Assembly: GCA_963793265.1 (NCBI GenBank)
Contig: CAWBZI010000001.1
Coordinates: 32,001-96,000, forward strand
Direction of reading: 5' to 3'
Length of the DNA stretch: 64,000 bases
Origin: an uncultured cyanobacterium
GTDB lineage: Bacteria > Cyanobacteriota > Cyanobacteriia > Phormidesmidales > Phormidesmidaceae
Positions 20,878 through 31,035 of the stretch are shown in pieces. The position numbers and the translations under genes are program-made. The first letter of the stretch is position 1. Every line of letters begins with the position of its first letter. The notes below the pieces were generated by a model. The model was not told the origin of the DNA. It did not search any database and saw nothing but the letters and a program-made list of their open reading frames with translations.

Positions 20878-21238
20878 GCGGTTAGTTGATAGCTACATTC
20901 ACTTGGCAAGGACTGCATATGCGGTAAATTAGAGCCGTTGTACGCAGCAGCTTATCGCCCCTTTGCTTATGCCTTTATTTGAGCGCGCGATTGGCGGCAT
21001 TGCCTGGTCGGTTGGCGATGAGTGCGATCGCCCGCAAAACCCAGTTCAAAGACGGCTCAAATAATGGTCGAACAAAAGTATATAGACTACTGGAAAGCCC
21101 AACAGACCGAGCAGGCAGCTCAAATAAAAGAGAGGGTGCTATCGACTGGAAGGGTTGTCTATGAAAGTAACGAATCCTCAAGTAGAAGCCGTAGATAATG
21201 ACCGACAATGGCAAGACATACTTGCTACACACCTTGCC

Positions 21239-22007
21239 ATGCCCCGTTCTATCTGCCAGTCATTAATTCAGCACTTCCGCCCCTTCGCCCGCATTTGCAC
21301 AATTTGCCTACTCCTGACGCTCACCATAGGCTGCGCCGCCAGTGCAACGGAACCCACTGACGGCCCCTACAGCTACAAAACGCCCAGCTCAGACGGCATC
21401 GGCAAAGTCTATTACGGTCGCGAAATTGCCGAAGTCATGGGCTATCAGGGCGCGAACTGGCTCGCTCGCCCAAGCCGTACTACCGAAGAACGATCGGATA
21501 TGGCGGTAGACGCGCTCATGCTAGAACGCGATGACGTGGTTGCCGATATTGGCGCAGGGCTAGGCTACATCAGCTTTCAGCTTGCGCATTGGGTAGATGA
21601 CAGGGAAAGTGATTGCAGTTGATGTGCAGCCAGAAATGCTGGCGCTGCTAGAGGCTGAACGCGATGAGTATGGCGTTAAAAACGTAGAGACTGTATTGAG
21701 CGCCGAGTCAGATCCAAATCTGCCTGATGAGAGCATTGATATGGCCGTGATGTTTGACGCCTATCATGAGTTTGCCTATCCAGCAGAAATGATGGCAGGT
21801 ATTGTGAAAGCACTCAAGCCGGGCGGGCAGGTGGTGCTGGCTGAGTATCGCGCTGAGAATCCTTTAGTACTGATTAAAAAACATCATAAAATGTCTCAAA
21901 AGCAGGTGAAAAAGGAGTTAACAGCAGCGGGCCTAGTGTGGACTAAGACAGATGATCGGTTACCGCAACAGCACCTTATGTTTTTTGAAAAGCCTGAGCG
22001 CGCCTAA
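21239..22007 (+). pseudogene. Class I SAM-dependent methyltransferase with lipoprotein-like signal, frameshifted near 21600
   Basis: VADIGAGLGY in first ORF; KVIAVDVQPEML, DAYHEF, LKPGG in second ORF, different frame. Confidence 0.8.
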
Positions 22008-22044
22008 GTAAACTGCTGAAAAGATTACTAGCAGGCACTGGCGG

Positions 22045-23469
22045 ATGAATCGGTTCGTGGGGCAGTTTCAATTAGGATTAGAAGCATCGGCCCTTCAGAT
22101 AGGGAGTCGAACGATTTCGGTGAGTGCGATCGCTCAGTTTCTGCTCATTGTTTTAGTCACGGTCGCTATCTCTTTGGGCATAAAGCGTGTGCTATCGCTT
22201 TATTTGCTGAACCGGCTCGGGTTGCAACAGGGCACAAGAGAATCTATCGCAGCGATTACAACCTATGCGTCAGGAACATTGCTGTGCATTGTTCTATTGC
22301 AATTTGCAGGGATTAACTTAGCTTCAATAGCTGTCTTAGCAGGGAGCTTAGGCATCGGTATTGGCTTTGGCCTGCAAGAAATTACCAAAGACTTTACCAG
22401 CGGGTTAGCGCTACTGATTGAGCGCAAGCTGAAAGTAGGAGACTTTGTTGAGCTTAATGACTTAAGTGGCTACATTGCCGAAATCTCTCTGCGATCTACT
22501 GTGATCAGAACCCTCACCCAAAAGCATATTGTTGTGCCTAATAGCCATTTGGTCAGCAATCAGGTCATCAACTGGACATACTCTAATACCAAAGGGTGGG
22601 TTTCTATGCTAGTTAGCGTGACGCACGAAAGCGATCCGCTACTGGTGATTGAAGTACTAATGGACTCGGCCTATCTAGAAGAAACAGTTTCGCTAGAGCA
22701 TCCACCGGAGGTCTACTTCACCGCAATTAGAGAAAACGCTTTGGACTTTAAGCTTTGGGTTTGGAGCAACCAGATTGATACGAAGTTTATGCTGGAAAGT
22801 TCGCTCAACTATATTATTTTGCAAAACTTGAAGCAGCACGGTATTCGGCTTGCCTCACCCCGACTGGACTTGTGGAACCGTACGCCTAATTTAGCGATCG
22901 CACAAACCTCATCAACCCACGAAAATAATTTAGACACCCTGTCTAAGCCCGTTGCCGTTAGAGACTTACTCAAGCAGCTTTCCTTTTTCAGAAACTGCAC
23001 CGAGATAGAACTACGCAAGCTCGTTGAAATCGGCCATCGCAAGCGACTAGAACCGTTTGAAACGCTTTATCAAGAAGGTGACCCAGGAGACGCATTCTAC
23101 ATTATTCTGTGTGGTGCGGTGGGATACACGCTTGAAAGTACTGACGCAAACCCCGAACAAGCGACCATCATGAGAACAGGACAGTTTGTCGGGGAGTTCT
23201 CTTTAATGTTGAACGTACCGCGAACGGTCACGGTCAGGGCAGTCGAGGAGACAACGCTGTTTTCTATTAGTCCCAAAGGATTCAAGAAGCTGCTACGCGA
23301 TCAGCCTCATCTGTACGATGTCATTGTCAAAGAAATGGCTCGTCATGAGGAAGAACTTTCCCAGCAGGGCCGTCAGCTACGAAAGCTGGGTCTGATCAAC
23401 TCGGACGATTACAATCTAAACCCGGTTGAGTGGATTCGGAAGCGTTTAGAAGGGTTGTTTGGGCTGTAA
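22045..23469 (+). CDS. MscS mechanosensitive channel fused to a cyclic-nucleotide-binding domain
   Basis: GIGIGFGLQE, VGDFVE, ISLRST, VPNS; C-terminal EGDPGDAFYII...GEFSL...PRTVTVRA. Confidence 0.9.
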   Translation: MNRFVGQFQLGLEASALQIGSRTISVSAIAQFLLIVLVTVAISLGIKRVLSLYLLNRLGLQQGTRESIAAITTYASGTLLCIVLLQFAGINLASIAVLAGSLGIGIGFGLQEITKDFTSGLALLIERKLKVGDFVELNDLSGYIAEISLRSTVIRTLTQKHIVVPNSHLVSNQVINWTYSNTKGWVSMLVSVTHESDPLLVIEVLMDSAYLEETVSLEHPPEVYFTAIRENALDFKLWVWSNQIDTKFMLESSLNYIILQNLKQHGIRLASPRLDLWNRTPNLAIAQTSSTHENNLDTLSKPVAVRDLLKQLSFFRNCTEIELRKLVEIGHRKRLEPFETLYQEGDPGDAFYIILCGAVGYTLESTDANPEQATIMRTGQFVGEFSLMLNVPRTVTVRAVEETTLFSISPKGFKKLLRDQPHLYDVIVKEMARHEEELSQQGRQLRKLGLINSDDYNLNPVEWIRKRLEGLFGL

Positions 23470-23501
23470 GCCCGTCTGCTGTCAGCCTAAGGGTCAGCAC
23501 C

Positions 23502-24374
23502 TCATTCGTGCCAGTCTACCAAATCAGCAACCGGGGCTCCTTGGGAGCTAACGTCTAACTCTTCGCGGCGAATAGTCTCTTGAGTTCTCACCACATCTTG
23601 CATGGTTTCTTTGCGAACCGTGACGTTTTGGTAGGGGACTACGCGGCGACAAACTTCAGCTTGGTCTTCGTAGATGCCCATGCGAACGGTGCCATCTTCA
23701 GCCACTTCAGCATCCCCAAAGTCTACACGTGTCTCTCCACCGTAAATAGACTCTATTTCAATAATGACTTTCTCTTTGGTGATAGGAATAGCGGTACCGT
23801 TCGTCTCAGTGACCGTACGCTTTGAAATTTTCACCTCGCCAGTTTTCACCCGTTGCCTTTGAGTGGTTATGCGTTCCTCGTATAGCTGAATAGGCCGATC
23901 TTTTTTCTCTGCCACGTCTTGAACAACATCTTCTCTGGCTACAGCTGGCTCAAATTCTCTCGTGGCCATAGGCTCAGTTGCAAGCCCTCGTTCCTCTACA
24001 GGCACCGTCATTTCAACCGGCACTGACTGTTCGAGCGGCGTCATCTGGTATATCTCTAGTCCCCGACCCACTACGTACTGACTATCGTCGTACTTTGATA
24101 GGTGACCAAACTCTTCTCGATTGAGAGTGCGGGTATAAATTCGATTTTCGTTAGGAAGGTCAGTACAGCGGTCAACCGGTACTAATACCCTCTTATGCCC
24201 ACCAGATTTGACGACTAGGTACTGTAACTGATCTTGCTCATCAACCAGCAGTTCGTCAACGCTTCCTACCTTATGATTTTCGGCGCTATAAACGTCTAGG
24301 CCCTTAAGGTCACGCCCCTTGAAGTAGGTATCTCTATAGTTGGGGTGGCGATCGCCTATTTTGTGCAGGGCCAT
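23502..24374 (-). CDS. PRC-barrel + DUF2382 (YsnF/AvaK-like) protein
   Basis: KVGSVDELLVD...YLVV...RVLVP; LYEER...TGEV...IRREEL. Confidence 0.85.
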   Translation of the reverse strand: MALHKIGDRHPNYRDTYFKGRDLKGLDVYSAENHKVGSVDELLVDEQDQLQYLVVKSGGHKRVLVPVDRCTDLPNENRIYTRTLNREEFGHLSKYDDSQYVVGRGLEIYQMTPLEQSVPVEMTVPVEERGLATEPMATREFEPAVAREDVVQDVAEKKDRPIQLYEERITTQRQRVKTGEVKISKRTVTETNGTAIPITKEKVIIEIESIYGGETRVDFGDAEVAEDGTVRMGIYEDQAEVCRRVVPYQNVTVRKETMQDVVRTQETIRREELDVSSQGAPVADLVDWHE

Positions 24375-24712
24375 AGTAGCTAACCTTCGTTTAAACGATT
24401 TACGACTGTGAGCCAGCATAGCCAAGTAGTTTTCTCTTTTCCTTCCACCGGAGGAGAGAGTATTGAAGGCTAGGCGATTCTAGAGGTACTGAAATGTTGT
24501 TATGAGTAAAACTATACCTACCTGGATGTTACTGTCTCTAACTTTCGGTAGGTTCATATAAAGCGCCGTCTGCATAGTCTAAAGGAGAAGCGTTTGCGAA
24601 AGACAACGCTCGTTAGCAGTCGTAGAGTGATGTCGGCGCTAGCAGCAGTTCTAGCCGTAAGAAAGCTAAGAATTAAGCAAACACAAAAGAATCTACAGCA
24701 CTTTAAGGAGTC

Positions 24713-25363
24713 TTGACTATGACATATACAGAGAGAAACGACAGAACTGACGTGGGCGTTCGCACTGCGCCCGTGCCTACTGGCATCGTAGCCGAATACC
24801 ATGACACCGTGCGATGGGGCCCAATCTTCGCCGGTATTGTTGTAGCTGTTGTTTCACAGCTAATGCTTAGCGCGCTGGGTGCATCCATAGGTGGATTTGC
24901 CGCAGGTGAAGCTGCTCCCGGAACAATCGGCACCAGCTTAGGCATTTGGGCTGTTATTAGCCTGTTAATCTCCTTATTCTTAGGCGCATGGGTGATGGCC
25001 TCATCGTGTGGCCCCATGAATAGCAAAACAGCTATGCTCAACGGCACTATCATGTGGGCAACCACGCTTGTGATTAGTGGCTGGTTGCTAGCTAGCGGTG
25101 TATCAGGTACCTTCGGCGTGTTAGCCACTAGCGTAGGCGATGCGGCAGGTGGCGTATTCAATCAGGTTCAACAGCCCGGTGGTTTAGAGATTCCTAGCCA
25201 AGAGCAGGTTGCGCAAGCCGTTCCTAATATCAATGCTGACCAGGCTGCTGCAACGGCTGCTAAAGGTGGGCTCTACTTCTTGATTGGTTCACTGCTCGGT
25301 TTGGTAGCCGCTCTGATCGGTTCTTCAGTAGGTGCTAAAAAGCCCAGAGCTGTTGTTCGCTAG
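24713..25363 (+). CDS. Hypothetical integral membrane protein (~4 TM)
   Basis: VRWGPIFAG followed by four hydrophobic segments; AAGGAG upstream of TTG. Confidence 0.7.
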   Translation: MTMTYTERNDRTDVGVRTAPVPTGIVAEYHDTVRWGPIFAGIVVAVVSQLMLSALGASIGGFAAGEAAPGTIGTSLGIWAVISLLISLFLGAWVMASSCGPMNSKTAMLNGTIMWATTLVISGWLLASGVSGTFGVLATSVGDAAGGVFNQVQQPGGLEIPSQEQVAQAVPNINADQAAATAAKGGLYFLIGSLLGLVAALIGSSVGAKKPRAVVR

Positions 25364-25405
25364 AAGCATTCTTCGCAAGATCTTACAATACAGGTTCGTG
25401 AATTT

Positions 25406-25442
25406 TAGAGAGTGCTGATGTATTGGCACTCTCTTTTCTTTT
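25406..25442 (+). terminator. Intrinsic terminator
   Basis: AGAGAGTGC...GCACTCTCT followed by T-rich tail. Confidence 0.7.
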
Positions 25443-25587
25443 GACTGTTCTGCTTACGCCTATTTGAGTACTTTGCAAAAAGAGTATCTCTCTCTATTTA
25501 TTCATGAAACCTCAAAGAGAAATCGCTACATTGTTTACATAGCGTTAAACACGCGAAGAACATAATTAGAAATGGAGAAACCAACGC

Positions 25588-26460
25588 ATGGCACTTGTCA
25601 GCCTGAAAGAAACTTACCCCGATTATCGCAACACTTTTAGCGATCCTAGTCTCAGTCACCTTGACGACTACAGCGTATACGCAGACGGCGACGATAAAGT
25701 CGGTACTATAGAAGACGGTTTGTTTGATAGCACCACGGGTCAATTCCGCTACCTGATTGTTGATACAGGCGTTTGGATCTTTGGTAAAAAGGTCTTGCTG
25801 CCGATCGGTCGCGCCCAGTTTGACAACTCCCAGAAACGTGTTTATGTCTCCGGCCTTACAAAAGAGCAGGTAGAGAATTTGCCTAAGTACGATGGTATTA
25901 GTAGCGTAGATTACGACTACGAAGAGAACGTTCGTGGTGTGTATCGCGAAAACACCGTTGGTCAGAGTGCGGCTGTTGCAGGCGCTACCCCAGTGAGCGG
26001 CAGAGCTTACACCAACGAAACCTATAGCTACGAAGATCACGACGCCGATCTTTATACGGTTCCTGAAACTGAGAGAGCCAACCAGCCTATTCGTCTTTAC
26101 GAAGAGCGCCTGATTGCAGGTAAAGACCGCTACAAAGCAGGTGACGTACGAGTTGGTAAGCACGTAGAAACTGAGACTACTAGCGTATCTATTCCTGTTG
26201 AGAAAGAGCGCGTTGTTATTGAGCGCTCAGCGCCTACGACAACGACTAGCACTGACGTTAACCACGCATTCGAAGATGGCGAAGTTGCTCGCGTAGAAGT
26301 ATACGCTGAGAAAGCAACCGTTGGTAAAGAAGCGTTTGTACGTGAAGAAGTGAACGTTCGTAAAGAGACAGAGCAGGAAATGGTCAGCGAGCAAGCAACC
26401 ATTCGCCGTGAAGAGCTAGACGTCGTAACTGATGGTGATGACACTGTTATTAACCGATAG
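25588..26460 (+). CDS. PRC-barrel + DUF2382 (YsnF/AvaK-like) protein
   Basis: RYLIVDTGVWIFGKKVLLPIG; LYEERL...VGKHVETE...VREEV...IRREEL. Confidence 0.9.
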   Translation: MALVSLKETYPDYRNTFSDPSLSHLDDYSVYADGDDKVGTIEDGLFDSTTGQFRYLIVDTGVWIFGKKVLLPIGRAQFDNSQKRVYVSGLTKEQVENLPKYDGISSVDYDYEENVRGVYRENTVGQSAAVAGATPVSGRAYTNETYSYEDHDADLYTVPETERANQPIRLYEERLIAGKDRYKAGDVRVGKHVETETTSVSIPVEKERVVIERSAPTTTTSTDVNHAFEDGEVARVEVYAEKATVGKEAFVREEVNVRKETEQEMVSEQATIRREELDVVTDGDDTVINR

Positions 26461-26537
26461 ATCTGCTGCATACTCCAAAATCTAGCCTGCGGTCAGATCG
26501 GCCGGACGAACAAATGGCTAGATAAATAGTGCCTTGT

Positions 26538-26578
26538 AAAGCGAAGTGCCCTTGTAAAGGTCGCTTCGCTTTCCTTTT
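26538..26578 (+). terminator. Intrinsic terminator
   Basis: AAAGCGAAG...CTTCGCTTT hairpin with T-rich tail. Confidence 0.6.
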
Positions 26579-26637
26579 GCGATTCACCGCCTCATGGCAC
26601 AATTGACAGTAGCTATGAGGATAGAGGGATCTTAAAA

Positions 26638-27186
26638 ATGTTTAAGCGATTTGCTACGCTGCTGTTGGTTGTTTGTTTGTTTGTAGGGGCACAGGGCTTG
26701 CAAAGCTGCTCTAGCACGACGAGTTTGCAATCGTACAACGACAGCTATGAGGGCTACGAGTTTAAGTATCCAACTGGGTGGGTAGAGGCGGATGTGCCTG
26801 GCGGGCCGGATACGGTTTTTCACGACATCATTAACGCCAGTGAAAACGTTAGCGTGGTCATTAGCCCCGTTTCAGGTGGCAAAACACTGCCGGACTTGGG
26901 TACCCCTACAGAAGTTGGCTACAAGCTTTCTAAAAGCATTACCTCGATGAGTACTGACGATCGCAACGTAGAGCTGGTCAATGCTCAGTCGTTTGAGGCG
27001 GGCGATAAGCTGTATTACATTTTGGAATATATTGCTAATTTGCCTTCGGGAACGCGTCATGATTTGGCGAGTGTGATTGTTCGTCGCGGCCAGCTCTATA
27101 CGTTTAATGCTTCTATTCCCGAGCGCAGATGGGACAAGGTGAAGCAGACGATGAAGCAGACGGTGGCGTCTTTCTCGGTGTATTGA
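26638..27186 (+). CDS. psbP: CyanoP (PsbP-like) lipoprotein
   Basis: Lipobox LQSC; GYEFKYPTGW, ENVSVVIS, YYILEY, SFSVY. Confidence 0.9.
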   Translation: MFKRFATLLLVVCLFVGAQGLQSCSSTTSLQSYNDSYEGYEFKYPTGWVEADVPGGPDTVFHDIINASENVSVVISPVSGGKTLPDLGTPTEVGYKLSKSITSMSTDDRNVELVNAQSFEAGDKLYYILEYIANLPSGTRHDLASVIVRRGQLYTFNASIPERRWDKVKQTMKQTVASFSVY

Positions 27187-27207
27187 TTACTTGCTTTTTG
27201 GGTTTTT

Positions 27208-27801
27208 ATGGCTGATATTCAATTTGTGCTGGCGTCTGCTTCGGTGGCGCGGCGAAAGCTGCTGATAGACGCTGGTATTCAGCCCTTTGTGTGTCCGAGC
27301 AACTTCGATGAAGATCAGGTTGTGATTAGCGATCCGCCAGAGCTGGTAAAGGTACTGGCGAGAGGCAAGGCTGAGGCGGTCGCGCCCCAGTTTCCAAGTG
27401 CGCTGGTGCTGGGCTGTGATTCGGTGCTGGCGATCGCAGGCACTATCTACGGCAAGCCTGAGAGTGAGGCCGAAGCGATCGCCCGCTGGCAGAAAATGCG
27501 CGGTGGCACAGGCGAACTCTACACTGGCTACGCCCTGATTGCCCCAAACTGCGAGCCCTTAGTCAGGTGCCGCATGACCAAGGTATTTTTTGCAAACGTC
27601 ACTGACGACGAGATTGAAGCCTATATCAGAACAGGCGAGCCAATGCAGTGTGCTGGGGCGTTTGCGACAGACGGCAAGGGCAGTATGTTTGTCGAAAAAA
27701 TTGAAGGCTGCAATACAAATGTTGTGGGTTTGAGTATTCCGTTGCTGCGAGAAATGATGGCTGAGTTGGGCTATCGTGCGATAGATTTTTGGGGACGGTA
27801 G
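27208..27801 (+). CDS. maf: Maf nucleoside triphosphate pyrophosphatase
   Basis: [30 protein letters not shown]. Confidence 0.92.
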   Translation: MADIQFVLASASVARRKLLIDAGIQPFVCPSNFDEDQVVISDPPELVKVLARGKAEAVAPQFPSALVLGCDSVLAIAGTIYGKPESEAEAIARWQKMRGGTGELYTGYALIAPNCEPLVRCRMTKVFFANVTDDEIEAYIRTGEPMQCAGAFATDGKGSMFVEKIEGCNTNVVGLSIPLLREMMAELGYRAIDFWGR

Positions 27802-27838
27802 CGGTCAGTCTTGGGACTGGTCAGTGGAGTAAATCAAG

Positions 27839-30800
27839 ATGGCTAGTGTTGACGATCGCCTTTCGGATCGCGTTTCTCAGCGGCCTGTTCGTCCGCATCG
27901 GCATCTGGGTAGTCGTTGGGTGAGAGGGGTGCGATCGCCCGCTGGTAAAAAAGCTGTGATCGCAACCATCCTCCTCCTGATCGCCGCCTACGTTCTCACC
28001 TACTACTGGGCCGAGGGCATGTGGTTTGCTGAGCTGAACTTTTTGAACGAGTTTTGGCTGCGATCGCTTACCCAAATCGGCCTGGGCCTGCTGGCGCTAT
28101 TCGTTAGCCTTGGCGTTTTCTTCTATAACTTTCGCATCGCTAACCGCCTCCAGGCTAGCCAAAACTGTCTGCTGCCGAACCAGGCTAACTTGCAAGTAGG
28201 CATCGGGCTAAGAGGACTACTGCCTCTGCTATTGCTACTAGGTATTCTCCTCAGCGCCAGCTTGATCTATCACGTTTACCTGGCCGCGATAGAACTCAGC
28301 ACCATACGCACCGCGATTCCAGCGCCCTTTGGCATAGACTTTGAACTCGACTGGATACTGGCCCGGCAGCTCGTGCAGCAGCCGATTGGATTAGGGCTGG
28401 CGGTAGGGGGTGCGATCACTTTAATTGCCTTTCCCCAGCGGCTTATTCAAATCGGGGCGATCGCCCTGAGCCTGTGCTTTAGCATCATCGCCGCCGAAGA
28501 ATGGGCCAGGGTATTGCCTGCGATTAACCCCTCTTCTTTTGGTCAAAGCGATCCCGTCTTTGGGCGCGAACTGAGCTTTTATATTTTTGAGCTGCCGCTG
28601 CTAGAGCTGGTGAACTTTTGGCTCTCAGGACTGCTGCTGTTTGTTTTGGTGGCAACGACGCTGCTGTATTTGCTGGCTGGCAAGACGCTTAGCCAGGGAA
28701 GATTTGCAGGGTTTTCGCGTCCACAGCAGCGGCATTTGTATGCGATCGCCGCCAGCCTGCTCATCGTCACTTCTATGAGCCATTGGCTAGGCCGCTTCGA
28801 GCTATTGTTTTCAGAGCAGGGCGTCACCTACGGCGCGAGCTTTACCGATATTCACGTTGATTTGCCCGTCGATTCAGCGCTGTGCCTAATTTCGTTAGGG
28901 CTCGGCATGTTTTTGGTATGGCGCACGGTCATGTGGCCCAAAATGGAGAAAATCGACGGGTTTCAGACGGTAGGGTCGCTTAGAGATATTGCGCTGAGAA
29001 ACGGTGCGCTGAGAAACGGTGCGCTAAGGAATGGTGCCTTTACGAACGGCTCAATCAGAAGTGGCCTGCCGAAAGGGCGTAAAAAGTGGAGCCAGTGGCG
29101 CAGATTTTTCATAGCGCATCCCGTTGTGTTTGCGATCGCCCTCTACCTGCTATGCGCGCTTCTAGGCAACACAATCGTACCCTGGGTCGTGCAGCGCATT
29201 GTTGTACAGCCCAACGAACTTCAGCGAGAAACGCCCTATATTGAACGCACTATCGCCTTCTCTCGCGATGCGTTTGGCCTCACAGATATCGAAACAGAAC
29301 AGTTTGATCCGCAGGGAAGCCTCACCACCGCCGACCTGGAAGAAAACGATCTGACCATTCGTAACATTCGCCTGTGGGACACGCGCCCGCTATTGGACTC
29401 CAACCGACAGCTCCAACAGATTCGGCTGTACTACGAATTTGCCGATGCCGATGTAGACCGGTACGCGCTAATCGGAGACGACGATGCTATCGACCGCAGA
29501 CAGGTGCTTATTTCAGCGCGCGAGCTGAACTACGAAGAGGTGCCAGCCGAGGCCCAAACGTGGGTTAACGAACACCTGATTTACACTCACGGCTACGGCT
29601 TTACCATGAGCCCAGTCAATACCGCAGGGCCCAGTGGCCTACCCGAATATTTCATCAAAGATATCGCACACAACCCCAGCTCGGCCAGCGTTGCCCGCTC
29701 GATTCCAATTGGCAAGCCGCGTATCTACTTTGGCGAACTCACCAACACCTACATCATGACCGATAGCCAGGTGTCGGAGCTAGACTATCCGAGCGGCAGT
29801 GAAAATGTGTACAACCGCTATGACGGTGATGGCGGCATCAATATTGGGGCGTTTTGGAAGCGGCTGCTGTTTGCCAAGCACTTGGGCGACTGGAAGATGC
29901 TGCTCACCGACAACTTTACCGCCGATACGCAGCTTATGTTTCGGCGTAATATCAAACAGCGCGTGAAGCAAATTGCTCCATTTTTGCAGTTTGACGGCGA
30001 TCCGTACCTGGTGGTTGCTGACGCGGAGGGTGAGTTTTCATCGCCCAAAGCAGAGTCAGGTGAGAACTATTTGTATTGGATTGTTGATGCCTATACGACG
30101 AGCGATCGCTACCCCTACTCCGACCCTGGCGATAACGCCTTCAACTACATTCGCAACTCCGTCAAAATTGTTGTCGATGCCTACAACGGCTCCGTTCGGC
30201 TCTTCATTGCTGACGCCAGCGATCCGATCATTCGCACCTGGTCAGAGGTTTTTCCTGGCCTGTTCGAGCCCCTTTCGGCCATGCCACCCGCCCTTTTCTC
30301 TCACATTCGCTATCCTCAAGATTTCTCTCTTATCCAAACCAATCAGCTTCTCACCTACCACATGACCGACCCTCAGGTTTTCTATAACCGAGAGGATCAG
30401 TGGCGGGCTCCTAACGAGATCTATGCCAACGAACAGCAGGTTGTAGAGCCTTACTATGTGACGATGGAACTCCCCGGAGAAGAAGCGGGAGAGTTTGTGC
30501 TATTGCGTCCGTTCACACCTGCCCAGCGCAACAACTTAGTCGCCTGGATTGCCGCTCGGTCAGATGGCGAACAGTATGGCCGTCAGCTTCTCTATCAGTT
30601 TCCTAAGCAAGAGCTGGTATTTGGCCCCGAACAAATTGAAGCGAGAATCAATCAGGAGCCCGATATTTCTCAGCGAATTTCGCTTTGGAATACACAAGGA
30701 TCTAGGGCTAATCAGGGTAATTTGCTGGTTATTCCGATTGAACAATCTTTGCTGTATGTGGAGCCCTTGTACTTAGAAGCTGAGCAAAACCGGCTGCCGA

Positions 30801-31024
30801 TTTTAGCCAGGGTAATTGTGGCCTATCAGAACCGAATTGCGATGGCAGAGACGCTAGATCAGGCGCTAGAGGCTATTTTTAATCGACCACAGCGCAGTAG
30901 TCCGGCGATTATTCGCGAGTTGGATAGTGAGGGTAGCGATGGCGTCGAAGAACTGCTGTTGCCTGACGTGTCCGATCCGGCCCCAATTGGTGATACGCCT
31001 TCTGAGAGCGTACCGTCTGAATAA
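27839..31024 (+). CDS. UPF0182 family membrane protein
   Basis: NIRLWD, HLIYTHGYG, RIYFGE, NYIRNSVK, YVEPLYL. Confidence 0.92.
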   Translation: MASVDDRLSDRVSQRPVRPHRHLGSRWVRGVRSPAGKKAVIATILLLIAAYVLTYYWAEGMWFAELNFLNEFWLRSLTQIGLGLLALFVSLGVFFYNFRIANRLQASQNCLLPNQANLQVGIGLRGLLPLLLLLGILLSASLIYHVYLAAIELSTIRTAIPAPFGIDFELDWILARQLVQQPIGLGLAVGGAITLIAFPQRLIQIGAIALSLCFSIIAAEEWARVLPAINPSSFGQSDPVFGRELSFYIFELPLLELVNFWLSGLLLFVLVATTLLYLLAGKTLSQGRFAGFSRPQQRHLYAIAASLLIVTSMSHWLGRFELLFSEQGVTYGASFTDIHVDLPVDSALCLISLGLGMFLVWRTVMWPKMEKIDGFQTVGSLRDIALRNGALRNGALRNGAFTNGSIRSGLPKGRKKWSQWRRFFIAHPVVFAIALYLLCALLGNTIVPWVVQRIVVQPNELQRETPYIERTIAFSRDAFGLTDIETEQFDPQGSLTTADLEENDLTIRNIRLWDTRPLLDSNRQLQQIRLYYEFADADVDRYALIGDDDAIDRRQVLISARELNYEEVPAEAQTWVNEHLIYTHGYGFTMSPVNTAGPSGLPEYFIKDIAHNPSSASVARSIPIGKPRIYFGELTNTYIMTDSQVSELDYPSGSENVYNRYDGDGGINIGAFWKRLLFAKHLGDWKMLLTDNFTADTQLMFRRNIKQRVKQIAPFLQFDGDPYLVVADAEGEFSSPKAESGENYLYWIVDAYTTSDRYPYSDPGDNAFNYIRNSVKIVVDAYNGSVRLFIADASDPIIRTWSEVFPGLFEPLSAMPPALFSHIRYPQDFSLIQTNQLLTYHMTDPQVFYNREDQWRAPNEIYANEQQVVEPYYVTMELPGEEAGEFVLLRPFTPAQRNNLVAWIAARSDGEQYGRQLLYQFPKQELVFGPEQIEARINQEPDISQRISLWNTQGSRANQGNLLVIPIEQSLLYVEPLYLEAEQNRLPILARVIVAYQNRIAMAETLDQALEAIFNRPQRSSPAIIRELDSEGSDGVEELLLPDVSDPAPIGDTPSESVPSE

Positions 31025-31035
31025 AGGGGCGCAAG

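Noticed and set aside
20975..21232. Short ORFs between vapC and the methyltransferase
   Set aside because: No motif or SD support on either strand; could be a remnant but is not identifiable.
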